A stretch of 64,000 nucleotides of DNA. It comes from Chiloscyllium plagiosum (taxonomy: Eukaryota). Location of the stretch: the NCBI RefSeq assembly GCF_004010195.1, contig NC_057719.1:22882618-22946617 (forward strand), in the 5' to 3' direction. A program made the translations under genes and the position numbers. This document shows, piece by piece, positions 1 to 12,600 of the stretch (positions are counted from its first letter, which is position 1; the number at the start of each line of letters is the position of its first letter). The notes under the pieces are model-generated. The model saw only the letters and a program-made list of their open reading frames with translations, had not been told where the DNA came from and did no database searches.

Positions 1-1905
1 ACCAGGAACACATTCTCCCCTCCCTCCACCAACACCAGGAACACCCTCTCCCCTGCCTCGATCATCACCAGGAACACCCTCTCCCTCCCTCCGCCATCTC
101 CAGGAACACACTCTCCCCTTCCTCCACCATCACCAGGAACACACTCTCCCCTCCCTCCAGCATCACCAGGAACACTCTCTCACTCATTCCGCCATCACCA
201 GGAACACACTCTCACCTCCATCCACCATCGACTGGAACACACTCTCCCTCTCTCTGCCATCACCAGGAACACAGTCTCCTTTCCATACGCTATCACCAGG
301 AACACACTTGCCCTCCCTCCACCATCACCAGGAACACACCCTACTGACCCTTCACCATCACCAGGAGCACAGTCTCCCTCCCTCCACCATCGCCAGGAAC
401 ACACTCTCCCTCCCTCCACCATCACCAGGAACACATTCTCCTTTCCCTACACCATCACCAGGAACACACTCTCCCCTCCCTCCGCCACCACCAGGAACAC
501 ACTCTCCCTCCCTCTGCCATCACCAGGAACACAATCTCCCCGCCCTCCACCATCAACTGGAACACACTCTCCTTTCCATACGCGATCACCAGGAACACAC
601 TTTCCCTCCCTCCACGATCACTAGGAATACACTCTCGCTCCCTCCACCATCACCAGGAACAAACTGTCCCTCCCATTGCCATCACCAGGAACACACTCTC
701 CCTCACTCTGCCATCACCAGGAACACATTCTCCCCTCCCTCCACCAACACCAGGAGGAACACACTCTCCCTCCCTCCACCATCGCCAGGAACACACTCTC
801 CTTTCCGTACGCCATCACCAGGAACACACTTTCCCTCCTTCCACCATCACCAGGAACACACTCTCCCCTCGTTCCACCATCACCAGGAACACACTCTCTC
901 TCCCTCCGCCATCACCAGGAACACACTCTCTCTCGTTCCGTCATCAACAGGAACACATTCTCATCTCCCTCCACCATAGCCAGGAGCAATCTCCCCTCCT
1001 TCCACCATCACTAGGAACACATTCTCCTTTCCCTACACCATCAACAGGAACACACTTTCCCTCTCTCCATCTTTGCCAGGAACACACTCTCCCCTCCATC
1101 TATCATCGCCAGGAACACACTCACACTACCACCACCATCACCAGGAACACACTCTCCCCTCGTTCCACCATCACCAGGAATACACTCTACCTCCCTCCCT
1201 CTTCGCCAGGAACACACTCTCACCTCCCTCCACCATCACCAGGAACACACGCTCCCCTCGGTCTGACAGCAACGGGAACTCACTCTCCCCTCCCTCCACC
1301 ATCACNNNNNNNNNNNNNNNNNNNNNNNNNNNNNNNNNNNNNNNNNNNNNNNNNNNNNNNNNNNNNNNNNNNNNNNNNNNNNNNNNNNNNNNNNNNNNNN
1401 NNNNNNNNNNNNNNNNNNNNNNNNNNNNNNNNNNNNNNNNNNNNNNNNNNNNNNNNNNNNNNNNNNNNNNNNNNNNNNNNNNNNNNNNNNNNNNNNNNNN
1501 NNNNNNNNNNNNNNNNNNNNNNNNNNNNNNNNNNNNNNNNNNNNNNNNNNNNNNNNNNNNNNNNNNNNNNNNNNNNNNNNNNNNNNNNNNNNNNNNNNNN
1601 NNNNNNNNNNNNNNNNNNNNNNNNNNNNNNNNNNNNNNNNNNNNNNNNNNNNNNNNNNNNNNNNNNNNNNNNNNNNNNNNNNNNNACACATTCTCCTTTC
1701 CCTCTGCCATCGCCAGGGACACACTCTCCCTCCCTTCTCCATCACCATGAACACACTCTCCCTCCCTCCATCACCACCAGGAACACACTCTCCCCTCCCT
1801 CCACCATCACCAGGAACACACTCTCCCCTCCCTCCTCCATAACCAGGAACACACTCTCCCCTCCCTCCGCCATCAACAGGAACACATTCTCTCCCAACTC
1901 CACCA
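1..1905. repeat. Minisatellite, 32-33 bp unit (CACCATCACCAGGAACACACTCTCCCCTCCCTC), with an N gap at 1306-1685
   Basis: Tandem units are directly visible. The ORF translations rotate through three frames (HHHQEH / STITRN / PSPGTH) because unit length varies. Confidence 0.97.
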
Positions 1906-2119
1906 CCGCAGCCGTTAGGAGCACAATCTCAAATCTCTCCATCACTGCTGCTGGAAATAAACCATGCATCGGCCACACTGTACGCCTTGAAGATGCCGCG
2001 TTCCCCACAGAAGGTAAGGGAGAAAAAAAAAAGCAGTGAAAGAACAAAGAAAAGTCAAAGCAAACGGAACAGATGAACTGTGGGCAGGAGCCTGCAAACT
2101 GTGCTGCGACACAGACACC

Positions 2120-2246
2120 TACATGAACCGGAAGTAGATTGCCTGGCAAATGGACACATTTTTCTTGGCAGTGGGGAGGCACATGAGTCACTACCAAACA
2201 ATCTCGCACCCAACTCTAACCAATCATAGCAAAGTTCTTGCCAATG
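2120..2246. promoter_or_regulatory. Candidate promoter-like motif cluster: ETS CCGGAAGT (~2128-2135) and two CCAAT boxes (~2218-2226 AACCAATCA, ~2240-2246 GCCAATG)
   Basis: Motif matches lie next to a CpG-retaining unique stretch (1905-2210). There is no expression evidence. Confidence 0.25.
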
Positions 2247-2419
2247 TGAAATCAGAAGAATGGTAGGGAAACAGCAGATACTTCAAATCCAGAGAGGAGC
2301 TTAATGGGACCTTTTGCCTGTTAGTTTTCTTCTGCTTTTCCCACTTTGCTGAAGTACTTGTTAATTTTTCGTCAGTTTTTGTATTTGTTTGAACAATATG
2401 AACAAAGAACAGAGCAGGC

Positions 2420-2935
2420 ATTTCTGCCCACAGACTGTGCTGTGATGCCCTTTTAAACTAAAAACCTTTTGCCTCTATGTGGTGCATATCCCTCTATTCC
2501 CTGACTATTTATATATCTGTCAAGATGTCTCTGAAACTTGCTATTGTACCCGCCTCCATCATTTCCTCTGGTAGTGCATTCCAGATACTTAGCACGCTCT
2601 GTAGTAAAAAACCTGTCTCTCACATCTCCTTTAAACCTGCCCCCTTTTACCTTAAACCTACATCCCGAGTAATTGATATTTCTACCCTGGGAAAAAGACT
2701 CTGTCTATCCCTTCTATCCATGTCTCTCCTAATTTTGTAAACTTATACCAATTCGCCCCTCATCCTTCACTATTCAAGTGAAAACAAACCATGTTGTCCA
2801 ATCTCTCATCAAAGCTAAAACCTGCCAAAGCAAGCAACATCCTGGTAATCTATTTCTGTCCCCTCTCCAAAGCCTCCACATCCTTCTGGTAGTGTGATGA
2901 CCAGACCTGCACACAATATTCCAAATGTGGCCTAA
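2420..2935 (-). mobile_element. CR1/HER1-type LINE 3' fragment
   Basis: Reverse complement resembles the 3' RT/tail region of the CR1 copies at 22900-23448. Confidence 0.8.
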
Positions 2936-3405
2936 TTTTCTTTTGTTGCTTTTGTTGCTTTTCTCATGATAATTGTCAAAACTATGGAGTTATACCAATG
3001 GAATCTCACACCTACTGGAGAGCAATGTTACAGCGCAATATTAAAATTGATTTCAGATGTTAAGGATAAAAATCGGTCTTAATTTAACTACTTTAAATGT
3101 GCAATGGTGAAAGATTCCATTAAGTAGTATCATTACATTAATGTATCCATAATGTACAGCGCCCATGCATTCAATGTATTATTAATCTGTTCATGACACA
3201 TGACTCTTAATTTACAATTCCAGAGCTTGGCAATTTGTAGTCATCAATTATTTGCAAAGTTTAACTGATTGGAAATGAAATCCTAATGTGATTAAATGAA
3301 AAAACTCGATATGGCCATCCTCACACTTAAACAATAAAGGGAAGATTCCACCTAGGAGTTTGCAGGCTTGAATCAGTGCATCATACCTTAGAATCATGGA
3401 AATTG

Positions 3406-4140
3406 GTGAGTTTTGAGAAGATTTGCATCTCAAGTTGAGGCTCTGGATGTAGGTTTGCTGGCTGAGCTGGAAGGTTTGTTTTTGGACATTTTATCACCAT
3501 ACTAGGTAACATCATCAGTGAGCCTCCGGATGAAGCACTGGTGGTATAGCCCGCTTTCTATTTATGTGTTTGGGTTTCCTTGGGTTAGTGATATCATTTC
3601 CTGTGGTGATGTCATTTCCTGTGGTGATGTTATTTCCTGTTCTTTTTCTCAGGGGGTCGTAAATGGGATCCAAGTCAATGTGTTTGTTGATAGAGTTCCG
3701 GTTAGAATGCCAGGCTTCTAGGAATTCTCGTGCGTGTCTCTGTTTGGTTTGTCCTAGGATGGATGCGTTGTCCCAGTCAAAGTGGTGTCCTTTCTCATCC
3801 GTATGTGAGGATAGTGAGAGTGGGTCATGTCTTTTTGTGGTTTGTTGATGTTCATGTAGCCTGGTGGATAATTTTCTGCCTGTTTTTCCAATGTAGTGTT
3901 TGTTACAGTTCTTGCAAGGTATTTTATAAATGACATGAGTTTTGCTTGTTGTCTGCATAGGGTCTTTCAAGTTCATTTGCTGCTATTTTAGTGTGTTGGT
4001 GGGTTTGTGGGCCACCATGATGCCAAGAGGTCAGAGTAGTCTGGCAGTCATTTCCAAGATGTCTTTGATGGAAGGGGGAGTGGCTAAGGTTTCTGGACGT
4101 GTTCTGTCAGCTTGGTGGGGCTTGTTGCTGAGAAATCGGC
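3406..4140 (-). mobile_element. Penelope-like element family A (Poseidon-like), 5'-truncated, with GIY-YIG endonuclease remnant and pLTR
   Basis: ORF 3515-3976 contains HVIYKIPCKNCNKHYIGKTGRKLSTRLHEH...LEAWHS (GIY-YIG with CCHH). Related copies lie at 36888 and 63617. Confidence 0.92.
3485..3518 (-). ncRNA. Degenerate type I hammerhead ribozyme motif (PLE-A)
   Basis: RC reads CTGATGA-T-GTTACC-TAGTAT-GGTGAT-AAAAT-GTC. G12 has become A. Confidence 0.7.
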
Positions 4141-4144
4141 GAAA

Positions 4145-5095
4145 TCATGGACATTTATGGCATGGAACCTATTTTGTCCACTTGGCTGACCAGCAGGCAA
4201 CCAGTAAACCTATTCCAACTTTCAAGCAGTCCATTGTCTTGCAAGTTACAGAATTCCAAGTGTATTCCAAATATTTTTTAGATGTTATGAGGACCTTTGA
4301 CTTTACTGTCCTTTCACCTCTGGAACCATACCACTTTCTGGATGATTTTGCACTCATACCTTCAATCTCGGCCTCCTGGTTTTAGATTCTGAACCAAACG
4401 TTATTGGGCCTTCCTGTCCACTCTGCATACACACTTCGGAATTATATGCACTGCAAGTAGGCCCATTCCCCCATATATTCCAACACCCCAGGTCTATCTA
4501 ATCTCCTCTCATAGTTACAATTCTCTATTCCTCGGATAATCCTTATAAATCTTCTCTCTGGTGCAACCATGTGTTTCCAATCATGCAGTAACCAGAACTG
4601 CAGACTGTAGTCCAATGTGTCCTAACCAGTGCTTATGCAGTTTCAACATAATCCCCAGCTTTTACATTCTATGCCTCGATTACTCAGGTGAAAGATCCCA
4701 TATACTTTCTTGACTACCTTATCCACCTGTCCAGTCACCTTGAGAAGTGTTTTGATGTAGAATTTCAAAGTTCCTTTATGCATCTCAGTACCATACCATG
4801 TATTTGTATTCCCTTACCTTGTCAGTCTTCCCAAGGGATTAACTCACAATTCCCTGAACTGATCTAATTTTGTCACTGTTCCAACTGATTTGATTAATCC
4901 ATTGAAATCCTCCTGCAGCCCACAGGTTTCTTCTTCATTATCAACCACACCCATATGGCAATCTTTGCATCATATACAAACTTCAAATCAAAGTCTCTGC
5001 ATCTAAGTCCATAAATCATTACTAAATACTCAAAAAGCAAGGGACTTGAACCCAGTGGAATTCCACTGGAAACAGCCTTCGAGGATCCAGGCCAC
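4145..5095 (-). mobile_element. Old CR1-type LINE RT/3' fragment
   Basis: ORF 4894-5097 has SSGIPLGS..PLLF...YDAKI, matching the degenerate [12 protein letters not shown]...FADDTK motif. Confidence 0.75.
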
Positions 5096-5609
5096 ATTAA
5101 GATTCTTTCTTCCTGTCTGCAAAAATCATTAGAATACTCAACATTATTTTGTGGAGTAAACTGAAAGTGGAATCATTGCATCTATCTCACCAAATGCAAC
5201 TTCTTAGACTCTCTTTGCTACATTTGCTGTTTCAGTCATAAAAAGGTGTTTTTTTTAGTTTGCAGTAGAAAAGGCAATTGGATTATGGTTTCCTTTATCT
5301 TGATACATTAGCAATACAGTTGATTCCAACATCAGAGAAAATTGGTCAAATGTATTTTCAAGAGCAAAATTCCTTTTGTAATAAATAATGCAAATAAAAG
5401 TTTAGAATCTAACACTGATATATAAAGTTAAAGCCGGTTGAATTTGACTCATTTTGCTTTAGTAAAAACAAACCAAAATATTGGTATGTTCCTGTGAATA
5501 GAACTGTTCTGGAATATCAGGAATTTTATCAATTCATACAAATTTAGCGCTGTTCACAAAACACAGCTAACTGACGGCTAGGCAAAATAGGTTTATTCAA
5601 ACAAGATTC

Positions 5610-5905
5610 CTTCAATATTGCCTTTCAAACCTGCACAAGCTAGAAGGACAAAGGCTGTAGATATAGGGGAACACCACCATCTGCAAGTTCCCCTCCAACA
5701 CATAAGCTATCCTGGTTTGGCAATGCATCACCTCCAGTGTCACTGGGTCAAAATCTTGGAACTCCCTTCTGGACAGCATAGTGTGCACTCCTATCCCCAA
5801 GGACTGTAGTGGTTCAAGAATGTAGCTCACCAGCACTTTTACAAGGGCAATTTATTATGGTCAGGAAATAGCCAGCAATGCCCAAATACTATGAATGATT
5901 TTTAA
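5610..5905 (+). mobile_element. 3' end of a second CR1/L2-group LINE family (ATGAAT tail)
   Basis: The same segment recurs at 13915-14300(-), 36410-36760(+) and 43310-44225(+). Confidence 0.7.
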
Positions 5906-6539
5906 AAATTGCATGTAACAGTAGTATTTGCACAACTTTGCGTCAAATCATCAATCAATCTGGTCAAAGACAACAAATATAACTCAGCGACAACATACTT
6001 ACAGAGTTCAGTCAGGCTCCGTGAAATCTTACTATCTCACTTTGCTGTTTCTGTAATAGTCCTACTGGAATCATTTTTCCATTTGGATTTTCCCTGTTAA
6101 GAGATTCATTATTTTACCCAGGAAAATTGAAACAGCTGCAAACTGAATTAATGAGTGCAAGAAGCAACTGAGAGAAATATATAAAGCCAAAGTAATTAGC
6201 TGCAATATGTTTATTGGAACATTGCTACCTGCTTATAATTTATTCTATTCTTCCCATTTATACTTCTGTTGCTATGTTTCATCGTCATCATCCTGCTCTG
6301 CTTGATTACACTGTTATTTTATGTGTTACCAAGAGAAGATGCTTTATTGTAATTGAACTTTTTATCCCTAAGTATTATTTAAATCAAGTTCAAATTATAG
6401 GTGTTTTGTCAACAACTTTTTTTTTGTTAATAACTATTTTATGTAAGATGACAAACACTATGGAGTGTCAATTTCTGAGAGAGCGTGTATTAGCACAAAG
6501 AAAAAGAGCTTGATATTCACATATAATAGCACTCCTCTT

Positions 6540-8128
6540 TAGTGATAGAAAGGGATAGATGTATACCACTGGGCAAGAGTTACAGCTGGGGTAAAGGCAA
6601 TTACGATGCGATTAGGAAGATTTAGGAAGCAAAGGATGGAGAAGGAAACTGCAGGGGATGGGCACATTAGAAATGTGGAGCTTATTCAAGGAAAAGCTAC
6701 TGTGTGTCCTAGATAAGTATGTACCTGTCAGGCAGGGAGGAAGCTGTAGAGCGCGGGACCGTGGTTTACGAAGGAAGTGAAATCTCTGATCAAGAGGAAG
6801 AAGAAGGCTTATGTTAGGATGAGATGTGAAGGCTCAGTTAGGGCGCTTGAGGGTTACAAGGTAGCCAGGAAAGACCTAAAGAGAGAGCTCAGAAGAGCCA
6901 GGAGGAGACATGAGAAGTTGTTGGCGGATAGGATCAGGGTAAACCCTAAGGCTTTCTATAGGTATTAAAGGAATAAAAGAATAACAAGAGTAAGATGAGG
7001 GCCAATCAAGGATAGTAGTGGGAAGTTGTGTGTGGAGTCAGAGGAGATAGGGGAAGCACTAAATGAATATTTTTCAACAGTATTCACTCTAGAAAATGAC
7101 AATGTTGTTGAGGAGATTACTGAGATACAGGCTACTAGACTAGGTGTGATTGAGGATCACAAGGAGGAAGTATTAGAAATCCTGCAGAGTGTGAAAATAG
7201 ATAAGTCCCTTGGGCCAGATGGGATTTATCCTAGATCCATTGGGAAGCCAGGGAGGAGATTTCTGAGCCTTTGACAATGATCTTTAAATCGTCATTGTCT
7301 ACAGGAATAGTGCCAGAAGACTGGAAGATAGCAAATGTGGTTCCCCTGTTCAAGAAGGGGAGTAGAAACAATCCTGGTAATTCTAGACCAGTGAGCCTTA
7401 CTTCAGTTGTTGGTAAAGTGTTGGAAAAGGTTATAAGAGATAGGATTTATAATCATCTAGAAAAGAATAATTTGATTTGGGATAGTCAGCACGATTTTGT
7501 GAAGGGTAGGTCATGCCTCACAAACCTTACTGAGTTCTTTGAGAAGGTGACCAAACAGGTAGATGAGAGTAAACGGTTGATGTGGTGTATATGGATTTCA
7601 GCAAGGCGTTCAATAAGGCTAACCCACAGTAGGCTATTGTACAAAATGCGGAGGAATGGGATTATGGGAGATATAGCAGTTTGGATCAGTAATTGGCTTG
7701 CTGAAAGAAGACAGAGGGTGGTGGTTGATGGGAAATGTTCATCCTGGAGTCCACTTACTAGTGGTGTACCTCAAGGGTCGGTGTTGGGTCCACTGCTGTT
7801 CATCATTTTTATGAATGACCTGGATGAGGGCGTAGAAGGGTTGGTTAGTAAATTCACAGACGGCACTAAGGTCGGTGGAGTTGTGGATAGTGACGAAGGA
7901 TGTTGTAGGTTACAGAGAGACATAGATAAGCTGTAGAGCTGGACTGAGAGGTGGCAAATGGAGTTTAATGCGGACAAGTGTGAGGTGATTCACTTTGTTC
8001 GGAGTAACCGGAATGCAAAGTACTGGGCTAATGGTAAGATTCTTGGTAGTGTAGATGAGCAGAGAGACCTCGATGTCCAGGTGCACAGATCCTTGAAAGT
8101 TGCCACCCAGGTTGACATGGTTGTTAAG
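6540..8128 (+). mobile_element. CR1/HER1 LINE ORF2 (RT) pseudogene, interrupted by a PLE
   Basis: ORF 7271-7936 contains [38 protein letters not shown] and SKFTDGTK. Confidence 0.95.
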
Positions 8129-9100
8129 AAGAGAAAGTGAGGACTGCAGATGCTGGAGGTCAGAGCTGAAAATGTGTTGCTGGAAAAGCGCAGCAGGTCA
8201 GGCAGCATCCAAGGAGCAGAAGAATTGACGTTTCAGGCATGAACCCTTCTTCAGGAATGAGGAAAGTGTGTTCAGCAGGCTAAGATAAAAGGTAGGGAGG
8301 AGGGACTTGGGGAGGGGCGTTGGAAATGCGGTAGGTGGAAGGAGGTTAAGGTGAGGGTAATAGGCCGGAGTGGGGGTGGGGCGGAGAGGTCAGGAAGAAG
8401 ATTGCAGGTTAGGAAGGCAGTGCTGAGTTCGAGGGATTTGACTGAGACAGGGTGGGGGGAGGGGAAATGAGGAAACTGGAGAAATCTGAGTTCATCCCTT
8501 GTGGTTGGAGGATTCCTAGGTGGAAGATGAGGCGCTCTTCCTCCAACTGTCGTGTTGCTATGGTCTGGTGGTGGAGGAGTCCAAGGACCTGCATGTCCTT
8601 GGTGGAGTGGAAGGGGGAGTTGAAGTGTTGAGCCACGGGGTGTTTGGGTTGGTTGGTCTGGGTGTCCCAGAGGTGTTCTCTGAAACATTCCACAAGTAGG
8701 CGGCCTGTCTCCCCAATATAGAGGAGGCCACATCGGGTGCAGCGGATGCAATAGATGATGTGTGTGGAGGTGCAGGTAAATTTGTGATGGATATGAAGGA
8801 TCCCTTGGGGCCTTGGAAGGAAGTAAGGGGCGAGGTGTGGGCGCAAGTTTTGCATTTCTTGCGGTTGCAGGGGAAGGTGCCGGGAGTGGAGGTTGGGTTG
8901 GTGGGGGGTGTGGACCTGAAGAGGGAGCCACGGAGGGAGTGGTCTTTTCGGAACACTGATAGGGGAGGGAGGGAAATATATCTCTGGTGGTGGGGTCCAT
9001 TTGGAGGCGGCGGAAATGACGACGGATGATACTATGTATATGGAGGTTGGTGGGGTGGTAGGTGAGGATCAGTGGGATTCTGTCCTGGTGGCGATTGGAC
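8129..9100 (-). mobile_element. Penelope-like element family B (Neptune-like), RT C-terminus, Cys linker, GIY-YIG and pLTR
   Basis: The Cys-rich linker PCNRKKCKTC is typical of the Neptune clade. The GIY-YIG region reads HIIYCIRCTRCGLLYIGETGR...FREH...P.GMN. Confidence 0.93.
8227..8254 (-). ncRNA. Type I hammerhead ribozyme motif (PLE-B), core intact
   Basis: RC reads CTGAAGA-A-GGGT-TCAT-GCCT-GAAAC-GTC. Confidence 0.8.
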
Positions 9101-9222
9101 AAGCATATGGACGTACATGGAATAGTGTAGGTTAGATGGGCTTAAGATTGGTATGACAGGTCGGCGCAACATCGAGGGCCGAAGGGCCTGTACTGCGCTG
9201 TAATATTCTATGTTCTATGTTC
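9101..9222 (+). mobile_element. 3' tail of the CR1 copy that begins at 6540
   Basis: GGGCCGAAGGGCCTGTACTGCGCTGTAA followed by a (TTCTATG)n tail. Confidence 0.85.
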
Positions 9223-9674
9223 CTCACTTCATGTATTCATTGCATTGCAATGCTTTCACAGTACATCTGTATTTCTCCTGGCTGCTTTTGCCAGAGATAA
9301 ATGTTTAATATTGCCATCTCTGATCGCAATGAGTTTGAAGTCACTCTGCTCCGGAAACCACTGGACATTCCATGCAATCCTCACACCAAGGAATTTCATT
9401 GATAGAAATTCAACATAGGAAGCTTCTCACAATCACTGGATGTGGCAAAGAGTTGTACAGCCAATTAATTACTTTGATAGTTGCAATGATGAAAAAGTGG
9501 GATCCTCGTTGTACACATCTGGGTCCCATAAACAGCAATAAACTGATAATCAGATAATGTTTGATTGTGCTTTTGTCACACTATTGCTCAGATTTGGCAG
9601 AACAATACAGAATTTTACTTGCAAATTTTACTTATGCAACAATATTTTCTGTGATTTTTTTGTGCTTATTTTGG

Positions 9675-11745
9675 AGGTAGAAAAGATGTGTATGGAAGGT
9701 AAAGTTACAGTGATCATGAGGGTTTTCAATATGCAGGTGGACTGGGAAAATCAGGTTGGTAGTAGATTACAAGAACACAAATTGGTGGAATGTCTACAAG
9801 ATGGCTGTTTGGAGCAGCTTGTGATGGACCCACTAGAGAACAGGAAATACTGGATGTAGTGTCGTGTTTTGAGGCAGACTTGATAAGGGAGCTGAAGGTG
9901 AAGGAACCCTTAGGAGGCAATGATCATAACATGATTGAATTTGCTCTGCAAGTTACAAGGGAGAAGATAGAATCAGAGGTAAAGGTATTACAGCAGAATA
10001 AAAACAACTTCAAAGGCATGAGGGAGGAGCTAGGTAAAATTGACTGGGAAAGGATCCTAGCAAGAAAGACGTGGAACAACAATGGCAGGAGTTTCTGGGA
10101 GTAATTCAGGAGACACAGCAGAGCTTCATCCAGAGGAAGAAGAAGCATGGTACAGGGAGGATGAGGAAGCCATGGCTGACCAGGGGAGTCAGAGATCGGA
10201 GAAAAGCAAAAGAGAAATCATATAATGTGGTGAACAGCAGTGCAAACCAAGAGATTGGGAAGCTGACAAAGACCAACCGAGGGCAACAATAAAAGAAATA
10301 AGGAAGTAGAACATTACATATGAGGACAAGCAAGCCAGTAATATAAAGGAAGACTTCAGATACACAAAGGCAAAAGAGAGGCAAAAGTGCACATTGGGCT
10401 ACTAGAAAATGACACTGAGGAGATAGTAGTGGGGAACAAGAAAATGGCTGAGGAACTGAGTAATTCTGTTGCGTCAGTTTTCACTGCGTAAGATGAGTAA
10501 TATCCCAAATATTCAAGAGAGTGAGGGGGCAGAGCTGAGTAGTTGGCCATCACCAAAGAGAAGGTGCTAGAAAAACTGAATGGCCTGAGGTGGATCAATT
10601 AATTGAAGCAGAAGGACTACACCTGACAGTTCTAAGGGAGATAGCTAAAGAGATAGTGGAGACGTTAATGGTGATCTTTCAGGAATCGCTAGAATCAGGG
10701 AGGTTCCCAGAGGACTGGAAAATTGCTATTGTGACACCCTTGTTTAAAAATGAAGTAAGGCAAAAGACAGAAAATTACAGGCTGATTAGCCTAGCCTCAG
10801 TTGTGGGTAAGAAGACAAATGCAATGATGGCATTTATTTTGAGAGGACTCGATTATAAAAGCAGGGGTGTACTTCTGAGGCTCTATAGGGATCTGGTCAA
10901 CCACATTTGGAGTATTGTGTGTAGTTTTGGGCCCCATATCTCAGGAAGGATGTACTAGCCCTGGAGCGTGTTCAGAGGAGGTTCACGAGAATAGACCGAA
11001 GAATGAAAAGCTTAACATAGGAGGTACATTTGAGGATTTTGGTTTTATACTCAACTAAATTTAGAAGGATGAGGGGGGTTCTAACTGAAACATACAGAAT
11101 ACTGACTGACCTGTACAGAGTAGGTGTTCCGAAGATGTTTTCATTGGGCTGAGAAACTAGGACCTGAGAGAAGACTAGATTAGATTACTTACAGTGTGGA
11201 AACAGGCCCTTCGGCCCAACAAGTCCACACCGCCCCGCCGAAGCGCAACCCACCCATACCCCTAACCTAACACTACAGGCAATTTAGCATGGCCAATTCA
11301 CCTGACCTACACATCTTTGGACTGTGGGAGGAAACCGGAGCACCCGGAGGAAACCCACGCAGACACGGGGAGAATGTGCAAACTCCAGACAGTCAGTCGC
11401 CTGAGGCAGGAATTGAACCCGGGTCTCTGGCGCTGCGAGGCAGCAGTGCTAACCACTGTGCCACCGTACCGCCCCTTTCAGAACAGAGATAAGGAGAAAC
11501 TTCTTCAGCCAGAGAGTGATGGATTTATGGAATTCATTGCTACAATGAATTTGGAGGCTGTCGAGGTGAGGTCACTGTGTATATTTAAGACTGAGATAGA
11601 TAGATTCTTGAGTATCAAGGGGATCAAGAGTTACGAGGAAAAAGCAGGGGAATAGGGTTGAGAAACTTAACAGCCCTGGTTGAACAGTGGAGCAGACTCG
11701 ATGAGCTGAATGACTGAAATTCTGCTCTTATGTCTAATGGTCTTT
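9675..11745 (+). mobile_element. CR1 LINE with an internal RT deletion near 10810 and a HE1 SINE insertion
   Basis: EN-end motif EPLGGNDHNMIEF is present. FPEDWKIAIVTPLFK runs directly into TNAMMAFI. A 3' tail is present. Confidence 0.9.
11176..11474 (-). mobile_element. HE1-type V-SINE
   Basis: tRNA-like head (GGGCGG.ACGGTGGCACAGTGGTTAGCACTGCTGCCTC), V domain and (AGATT)n tail. Confidence 0.95.
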
Positions 11746-11819
11746 AACTGACAAGATACTAAAACTGGCCTTGTCCCCAGCATGATAGTTAATCACTATT
11801 TTTTAAAAAATATTTCATC

Positions 11820-11938
11820 TATTTTTCCCTCATCAACTTGTGCTGATATGTTATTATGTACATCTGGAGTAGATGGGAGTTGAACCCAGGCCCTCTGGCC
11901 CAGAAGGAGGTACATTACCAGTACACCACAAAAGCCCT
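11820..11938 (-). mobile_element. Short tRNA-derived SINE monomer
   Basis: RC shows A/B-box-like motifs (TGGTGTACTGG, GGGTTCAACTCCC). It is similar to the units at 40457-40737. Confidence 0.6.
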
Positions 11939-12419
11939 AGCTGATCACCATTGTGAATTTTTGCTAATTGTGCTCATTTGTAGGCATTTGGGGAAGTTCA
12001 AATAATTGAACTGTGCCATGCAAGGACATGAACTGGAGCATTTTGAAAGTTTGAAATGAAATGAAATTACTTCATACAGTTATGGATGAGCTGCAAATTG
12101 AAAACCAATTTAACTAGAAAATAATTTTGTATGTGTTTTAAAGTTATTTTGAGACACTCAAATTTCAGATACACAAATGTCACTTCATTCTAAGCTTTGG
12201 TGATAAACTCATTTCAGTCGTATTAATCAAAATTTACCTCTCAAATCAATCGAAGAATATTTTTAATTTCTCCTTGTAAAAGACCATGTTTTAAAACACT
12301 ACCTGATTACACCAATTTACATCAGATTTTTCATTTACTGGAAAGCAAATTAATTTGAACAAGAGTTGGGGATGGATACTGGGCTGGAATGAAAGGCATT
12401 GGGAAACAAAAGGACATTT

Positions 12420-12600
12420 GGGCATAAGTTGCACTGAAATCACCACTTGCTTCCAAAGTAGTAACTCTCCCGCAAAGCTTTGTGTAGTGATGTTGCTTGA
12501 AGAATAAACATTGGCCAGAAGACCCTGAGGAACCCACCCTTGTTCTTTGAATAGAATCATTAGACATTTTACTCCATCTAAGAGGGCAGACAGGAAGTAA
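12420..12600 (-). mobile_element. Deu-domain SINE relic (SacSINE1/AmnSINE1-like)
   Basis: AATAAACATTGGCCAG...GAGGGCAGACAGG matches the reverse of the Deu domain as recalled, and matches the copy at 13620. Confidence 0.6.

Noticed and set aside
1..1905. CRISPR-like array, or long His/Pro-rich ORFs
   Set aside because: There are no unique spacers and the context is eukaryotic. The ORFs come from a stop-poor tandem repeat with shifting frames and N runs.
6003..6095. Minus-strand exon candidate with a GTAAGT donor
   Set aside because: All three frames contain stop codons.
7271..7936. Active reverse transcriptase gene
   Set aside because: The copy is frameshifted and truncated, and the catalytic FADD motif is altered to FTDG.
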